Of a stretch of 64,000 nt of DNA, positions 58,761-64,000 are shown piece after piece (position 1 is the first letter of the stretch; each line of letters opens with the position of its first letter). Both the position numbers and the translations under genes were made by a program. The notes under the pieces were generated by a model. It was given only the letters and a program-made list of their open reading frames with translations, was not told where the DNA came from and searched no databases. Origin of the DNA: Micavibrio sp. (lineage in GTDB: Bacteria; Patescibacteriota; Minisyncoccia; Moranbacterales; GCA-2747515); NCBI GenBank assembly GCA_020718085.1, contig DYDB01000001.1, forward strand, positions 47,384 through 111,383, read 5' to 3'.

Positions 58761-59489
58761 ATGAAGAAGCTTACTGCAGAAAAAGCGCAAAAATTGTATC
58801 AAGCGCGATTTGAAAAAACGGCACGCTATGTTGCACAAATGTTATGTAAAAATTTGGACAAGGCATTGAGAAAGGCCTGCAAAACGGATGGCCGTAACTG
58901 TGCATCTCACACTTTTCAAATAGCAGGTCTGTACCAGTCAGAAGATTATGTTCTACCTGACGGCATGTTGGAGTGGAGACATAGATTGCCGGAAGATTCT
59001 GAGAACAGCCGGAAGTTGGTCAAGCAAATTGTGGTATTAGTGCAACAATACTATACAGGTTGGGATGTAAGATTGATGTATAATAAAATCGATTATGAAT
59101 TTTATAATAATACCTTAGTCTTTGATGCGAAATTTGTGGCTGAGGATATGCAAATTTGTCGACCGGAGGATTTTGATGCTGTATTTTATGCGCGTGTGAA
59201 TGATATGGTGCAGTACTTTGTGCAAAATATCCGAATTGCAATTAATAAGCAATTGGGCACGCGATCGATTCGTGAGGGATTTCGCTCAGAAGCAATCATA
59301 CATCATGTTGAACGATTGTGTTTTAATGAAGAAGAAGCTACAGCTGTTTTCAATAGAGTGAAAGAGGCTTTGTTTCAAGATGGGTGGCATATCAGCATAT
59401 GCGACATTGACATAAAAAAAAGCAACATGCTATATCCTCGTACATTATATAATTTTGAGATCAAGAGGTTGCCCGTGTCATCATCGTGA
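58761..59489 (+). CDS. Hypothetical protein (possible internal two-fold repeat)
   Basis: SD-supported ATG 58761; both halves show Y.AR...(T/M)..Y....(GW.V/GW.I) pattern. Confidence 0.7.
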   Translation: MKKLTAEKAQKLYQARFEKTARYVAQMLCKNLDKALRKACKTDGRNCASHTFQIAGLYQSEDYVLPDGMLEWRHRLPEDSENSRKLVKQIVVLVQQYYTGWDVRLMYNKIDYEFYNNTLVFDAKFVAEDMQICRPEDFDAVFYARVNDMVQYFVQNIRIAINKQLGTRSIREGFRSEAIIHHVERLCFNEEEATAVFNRVKEALFQDGWHISICDIDIKKSNMLYPRTLYNFEIKRLPVSSS

Positions 59490-59549
59490 TGATGTGGCGC
59501 ATAGAACGTACATATCTACTGCTGGAATATATTTCCGGCAGTAGATTTT

Positions 59550-62500
59550 TTATTCTTCTGAAATCGCTGATGGATCAATAATTGTGAATAATTTTTCTTT
59601 GCACGTAGCATCAAAAGTGATGATGTATGATGTACGCATTTTTTGTCCGTTGTGAACAAGGAATACGTGTGCATTGCCAGGTTCGCATATGTCAAGGATC
59701 TCTTTGATCTGCGCAATGATCTCATATGTGCTTTCATCGGGAAGGGTGATATATAATTTAGTTTTGTTGAGCAGTGCTTTTTTTTCTTCTTTTCGCTCTG
59801 CTAGTTTTTCTTTTGTGATACCATATTTTTTGCGTGTGCTCATGACATTTTTTGCGTATTCATTTTTTTCTGTGGCGATTTCTTCGATTTCATTTGCGAT
59901 GAACTTAAGTTCATCATCCTTATCGGAGAGATTGCCTTTCATAACTACAGCTTTACCTTCGACGAGCAGATCTTTGTGTTCCTCAAGCATTTTTGGAAAG
60001 ATGATGCATTCAGTTGTGCTTTTACCATCTTCCAATGTGATGAATGCCATATTCTTGCCACTTTTGGTGAGAATGATCTTGATCGCGATGATGATACCAC
60101 CGACGGAAATCATTTTATTTGCCTTGTCTTGCTTAAGATCGTTGAGTGGTGTGCACATATAATCAAGGAAATCACGGTATTCATTGGATGGATGATCGGA
60201 GATATAAAGACCGATGAGCTGTTTTTCCCATGCAAGATGTTGTCTTTTGCCGGAATCAATGCCTTTTTTAAGTTTGATCTCTGCACGTGATAGTAATTCT
60301 GTACCAAAAAGAGAGTGTTGATTGATTTTTGTGCTGGATCGAAGTTCTTTGATAAATGTGAGAATGCTATCCATACTTGCGAGGATGTCGTCGCGCGCAC
60401 CAAAACTATCAAGTGCACCAACCATTGCAAGTGCATCGATCGACTTTTTATTGAGATCACGGATGGTAATGCGTGTACATAGGTCAGAGAGGTCCTTGTA
60501 TTTACCGCCACGTTTTCGCTCTTCAACGATCTCGCGCGCAACGGGACGTCCAACATTTTTGATCGCATTGAGGCCAAATCGAATGCGTGGGTTTTTCTTT
60601 TCTGTATCTGCAGGGTCATAGATGACTGCAAATTCCTGAAAACTCTCGTTGATGTCCGGTGGCAATACGACAATGTTCATATCGCGACATTCTGCCGCCT
60701 CAATCGCTATGCGATCGGTGTTTCCCTGATCGGATGTCATGAGAGCTGCCATAAATTCCGCGGGGTAGTGTGCTTTGAGGTATGCAGTTTGATAGCCGAT
60801 GAGTCCATAACATGCAGCATGAGAACGATTGAAACCATATCCGGCAAATGGTTCGATGAATGCAAAGACTTTTTCCGCAATTTCTTTTTTCACGTTATGT
60901 GCCACACATCCCTCGACAAATTTAATTTTTTGCTCCTTAATGAGCTTGATGATCTTTTTACCCATCGCTTTGCGTAAGATGTCAGCTTCACCGAGTGTAA
61001 AACCTGCCAAATCTTGCGCAATGCGCATAACCTGTTCCTGATAAACAGCAACGCCATAAGTGTCGGCAAGAATTGCCTCAAGTTTTGGATGAAGATAGGT
61101 CACTTTTTTCTTTCCATGTTTGCCATCGACAAAATCAGGGATCCACTCCATTGGTCCAGGACGATAAAGAGCGACCATTGCGATAATATCTTCCAAGACA
61201 GTCGGTTTAAGTGCTTTGAGATAGCGTTTCATACCACTGGATTCTAATTGAAATACGCCTGTAGTATGTGCTTCTTGCAACAGTTTGTACGTCTTAACGT
61301 CATCGAGGGGAATTTTTTCTATGTCGATCTTCGTGCCATGGATCCTTTTGACAATGCGTAAAGTGTTTTGAATGATCGTGAGGTTTTTGAGTCCCAGGAA
61401 GTCCATTTTGAGGAGCCCAATCTTTTCTACGGCTGAGAATTTTGTACTGGATGCATATTGTGTCACAGTTGCTTCATCATCACCGGAGACACGCTGCATG
61501 GCGGTGTATTCCACAACCGGCTTGTCAGTGATCACTACACCACAGGCATGTACAGAAGAGTGACGGCACAAGCCTTCCAGGCGACGTGCGCTGTCGATGA
61601 GGTCGCGTGCGTCGGAATTTTCTTTGTGTAAACGTTTGAAATCAGGAACATCGGAAAGTGCTTGATCGATGGATGTGAATTCCGGAATGAGCTTTGCCAC
61701 TTGATCGCAAAAGTTATAGGGATAGCCCAGTGCACGACCGGCGTCGCGTACAGCGGCACGTGCGGCCATTGTTCCAAATGTGATGATCTGCGCAACATGG
61801 TCCGCTCCGTATGTTTTGCGCACGTAAGCGAGAACATCATCGCGACGATCGTCCGCAAAATCCATATCAACATCGGGCATGGACACGCGTTCCGGGTTGA
61901 GAAAGCGTTCAAAGAGCAACTTATACTCGATCGGATCCATGTTGGTAATGCCTGTGAGATAAGATACAAATGAGCCCGCAGCACTTCCGCGTCCCGGACC
62001 AACAACGATCCCGTCGTTTTTTGCCCAGTTCACGAAATCTTGCACGATAAGAAAGTAGGAGGCATAGCCGGTTTTCTTGATAATGTCGAGCTCATACTTC
62101 ATGCGTTGTCGCTGAACACTGGTAATATTTGTGCCGAATTTTTTTGCAAGTCCCTCCTCACAAATGTCGTTTAGGTATTCATCTGCTGTTTTTCCTTCCG
62201 GAAGAGGAAACGATGGCAATTTTGTATGACCAAGTTCCAATTCAAATGTACAACGGTCAGCAATGCGCTGCGTATTGGCAAGCGCTTCCGGAACATCGGA
62301 AAAGATGGCAGAAAGTTCCTTTTCTGTACGGAAGGAAAGGTCAAAGCTCTTCATATTTGGTCGATCACCCTCGTCCACTTTTCGGTTCATTTGAATGCAT
62401 AAGAGCACATCGTGGATATCTCGATCATTTTTGTTGATGTAATAGACATCACCGCAAGCAACAAGTGGAATTTTTGTTTCTCTGCTCATTTTTTTTATGC

Positions 62501-63068
62501 CGACGTTGATCTTTTGTTGTGGTGGAAAATTTGGATGATCGTTGAGCTCAAGGAAAAAATGATCCTCGCCAAAAATGTCTTGGTAGAGAAGTGCTTTATC
62601 CTTTGCTTGTGCATAGCCGTCGTTTTGAAGTAGTTCGCCAACCTCGCCGAAGCTGTTGCCGGATAATGCAGTGATGCCGTCATGATGTGCACGTAGCACA
62701 TCATAATCTACGCGTGGCTTATAATAAAAACCATCCAGTTGTGCAATAGTGATGATCTTGAGAAGATTTTTGTAGCCGATCTCATTTTCTGCCAAAAGCA
62801 CGAGTTGATTTGTTTTGCGTGATTGAAGAGATGCTGTTTTCTTATCCATGCCACCGGGAGCGACAAGGATCTCTGTGCCGATGATCGGCTTGATCCCGCG
62901 TTCAGCTGCTTTGACGGAAAATTCCACCGCACCATATACGGCGCTTTTATCTGTAAGCGCAAGCGCATTCATGCCATTTTTTTCTGCGGCATCCAAAAGA
63001 TCATCGATCTTGGCAAGACCGCTGAGCAGAGAATGATCGGAGTGGACGTGAAGGTGGACAAATGACAC
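59550..63068 (-). CDS. dnaE: DNA polymerase III alpha subunit
   Basis: FVHLHVHS PHP domain, GPGRGSAAGS, MPDVDMDF, GYGFNRSH, OB fold. Confidence 0.98.
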   Translation of the reverse strand: MSFVHLHVHSDHSLLSGLAKIDDLLDAAEKNGMNALALTDKSAVYGAVEFSVKAAERGIKPIIGTEILVAPGGMDKKTASLQSRKTNQLVLLAENEIGYKNLLKIITIAQLDGFYYKPRVDYDVLRAHHDGITALSGNSFGEVGELLQNDGYAQAKDKALLYQDIFGEDHFFLELNDHPNFPPQQKINVGIKKMSRETKIPLVACGDVYYINKNDRDIHDVLLCIQMNRKVDEGDRPNMKSFDLSFRTEKELSAIFSDVPEALANTQRIADRCTFELELGHTKLPSFPLPEGKTADEYLNDICEEGLAKKFGTNITSVQRQRMKYELDIIKKTGYASYFLIVQDFVNWAKNDGIVVGPGRGSAAGSFVSYLTGITNMDPIEYKLLFERFLNPERVSMPDVDMDFADDRRDDVLAYVRKTYGADHVAQIITFGTMAARAAVRDAGRALGYPYNFCDQVAKLIPEFTSIDQALSDVPDFKRLHKENSDARDLIDSARRLEGLCRHSSVHACGVVITDKPVVEYTAMQRVSGDDEATVTQYASSTKFSAVEKIGLLKMDFLGLKNLTIIQNTLRIVKRIHGTKIDIEKIPLDDVKTYKLLQEAHTTGVFQLESSGMKRYLKALKPTVLEDIIAMVALYRPGPMEWIPDFVDGKHGKKKVTYLHPKLEAILADTYGVAVYQEQVMRIAQDLAGFTLGEADILRKAMGKKIIKLIKEQKIKFVEGCVAHNVKKEIAEKVFAFIEPFAGYGFNRSHAACYGLIGYQTAYLKAHYPAEFMAALMTSDQGNTDRIAIEAAECRDMNIVVLPPDINESFQEFAVIYDPADTEKKNPRIRFGLNAIKNVGRPVAREIVEERKRGGKYKDLSDLCTRITIRDLNKKSIDALAMVGALDSFGARDDILASMDSILTFIKELRSSTKINQHSLFGTELLSRAEIKLKKGIDSGKRQHLAWEKQLIGLYISDHPSNEYRDFLDYMCTPLNDLKQDKANKMISVGGIIIAIKIILTKSGKNMAFITLEDGKSTTECIIFPKMLEEHKDLLVEGKAVVMKGNLSDKDDELKFIANEIEEIATEKNEYAKNVMSTRKKYGITKEKLAERKEEKKALLNKTKLYITLPDESTYEIIAQIKEILDICEPGNAHVFLVHNGQKMRTSYIITFDATCKEKLFTIIDPSAISEE

Positions 63069-63094
63069 GGGTGGTAAAAAGTTATAAAGTTATA

Positions 63095-63132
63095 CCTGCC
63101 CGCCGTGCTTTTTCACATACAATGCAGGCGGG
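63095..63132. repeat. CCTGCCCG...GCGGG micro-element inserted in an AAAGTTAT-type tandem repeat
   Basis: Removing it restores AAAAGTTATAAAGTTATAAAGTTCATAAAGT. Confidence 0.6.
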
Positions 63133-63238
63133 AAGTTCATAAAGTATTGTAGCACAGGACGATTTTTGTGGAAAATGTCTGTTTTTGTAAATGAAAAAGC
63201 GATCATTTCTGATCGCTTTTGATGTGAGGATATATGCC

Positions 63239-63637
63239 CTATGGTATAAGATCTTCCGGTTTTATACCATCCGATTTTAGTCGATGTCTTCGAATATAGA
63301 TGGCATCAAGTGTGCGCCCGATTTCCTTTGCGAGCTCCAAGCCTTTTAGAGGGCTTGTGAGCACAAGAAGGTCTTGGGGGTCAGTCCATTCTTCGCCAAA
63401 ATTTTCTGCTTGTTTTTTGGACTTTGCTCGGTAAGCTCTGTTGTAAGCGTTTTCTTTTCGCGAGTTTCTTATGCGCCACTTGCGATTGGCGTAGCGATAC
63501 TTATCCGGGTTTTGCAGTTTTATGCGGGCCATGCGGACAGCTTCGGGAGAAACTCCAATTATTTTGGCGAGCTCACTGAGAGAAACTTCTCCGCTCAATA
63601 TTTTTTCTTTGTAAGGTGCATATTTCGATTCTCGCAT
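63239..63637 (-). CDS. Basic HTH DNA-binding protein
   Basis: SLSELAKIIGVSPEAVR and WTDPQD...LELAKEIGRTLDAI..RR; GGAGG SD; TTGCAA-17-TATAAT promoter at 63725-63697. Confidence 0.72.
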   Translation of the reverse strand: MRESKYAPYKEKILSGEVSLSELAKIIGVSPEAVRMARIKLQNPDKYRYANRKWRIRNSRKENAYNRAYRAKSKKQAENFGEEWTDPQDLLVLTSPLKGLELAKEIGRTLDAIYIRRHRLKSDGIKPEDLIP

Positions 63638-63712
63638 TCTTCCTCCGTTGAATTTGATGTGTGATATAGTATATGTAAACAAAAGAACAGCCCCTAATTA
63701 TAACACAAAATC

Positions 63713-64000
63713 ATGAAAATTGCAACATTTGATCACGAAAAAGCACATATTGATGCAGGTTATCATTTGATCGCTGGTGTAGATGAGGTGGGTCGCGGTC
63801 CGCTTGCCGGTCCGGTTGTAACGGCGGCGTGTGTGATAAAAGATGTCTCATGTTTCACACGGAACATGGATGATGATAGGCGGTGGCAACTTATTCGTGA
63901 TTCCAAATTACTCAGCGAAAAACAACGCAAAGAAGCATATAGCTTTGTAGAAGAATATTTTTTTGTTGGTATCGGACTCAGTACACCGGACACAATTGAT
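63713..64000 (+). CDS. rnhB: Ribonuclease HII (5' part, truncated by window edge)
   Basis: MKIATFDHE...[20 protein letters not shown]...[12 protein letters not shown]. Confidence 0.93.
   Translation, partial: MKIATFDHEKAHIDAGYHLIAGVDEVGRGPLAGPVVTAACVIKDVSCFTRNMDDDRRWQLIRDSKLLSEKQRKEAYSFVEEYFFVGIGLSTPDTID

Noticed and set aside
59550-63068. Intein or split dnaE
   Set aside because: The protein is continuous, of normal length, and has no intein motifs.
1-64000. CRISPR array, prophage, integrase or IS transposase
   Set aside because: No regularly spaced repeat-spacer array and no cas, phage structural, integrase or transposase ORFs; the repeats seen are dispersed palindromes.
1-64000. Alternative genetic code (UGA=Gly as in Gracilibacteria)
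   Set aside because: Conserved genes are full length under code 11, and several end at TGA at the expected positions.

Overview
64 kb of a small-genome, moderately AT-rich bacterium using genetic code 11. It is most likely Patescibacteria/CPR (Parcubacteria, Moranbacteria-like); this is inferred from the SD-less core genes, a TGS-less ThrS and the gene complement. Core content: prfA, rpmE, rpsB-tsf, tRNAs Thr/Tyr/Thr/Trp, secE-nusG-rplK-rplA, dCMP deaminase flanked by two NMP-kinase-like genes, thyX, MazG-like pyrophosphatase, gatB, miaA, thrS with a T-box riboswitch, dnaE and partial rnhB. Also present: a MacAB-type ABC system, a glycan/pilin locus, a SpeD-SpeE polyamine locus and a SET-domain/unknown/7TM histidine kinase module. 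The most striking signal is a two-class gene architecture. Core genes start from A/T-rich SD-less leaders. About a dozen scattered accessory genes instead sit in self-contained cassettes: sigma70 promoter, boxA-like motif, strong AGGAGG, CDS, terminator. Their products (beta-barrel-like protein, lipoprotein, diguanylate cyclase, PRPP synthetase-like, ThyX, PlsC-like acyltransferase, 3D-domain enzyme, HTH protein) make more sense in a diderm host cell than in a CPR cell. Other observations: three REP-like repeat families precisely invaded by ~20-bp CCTGCC...GGCAGG micro-palindromes, and a tRNA-Trp-anchored islet with RelA/SpoT-like and HEPN-like genes. No CRISPR array, rRNA or prophage is seen.
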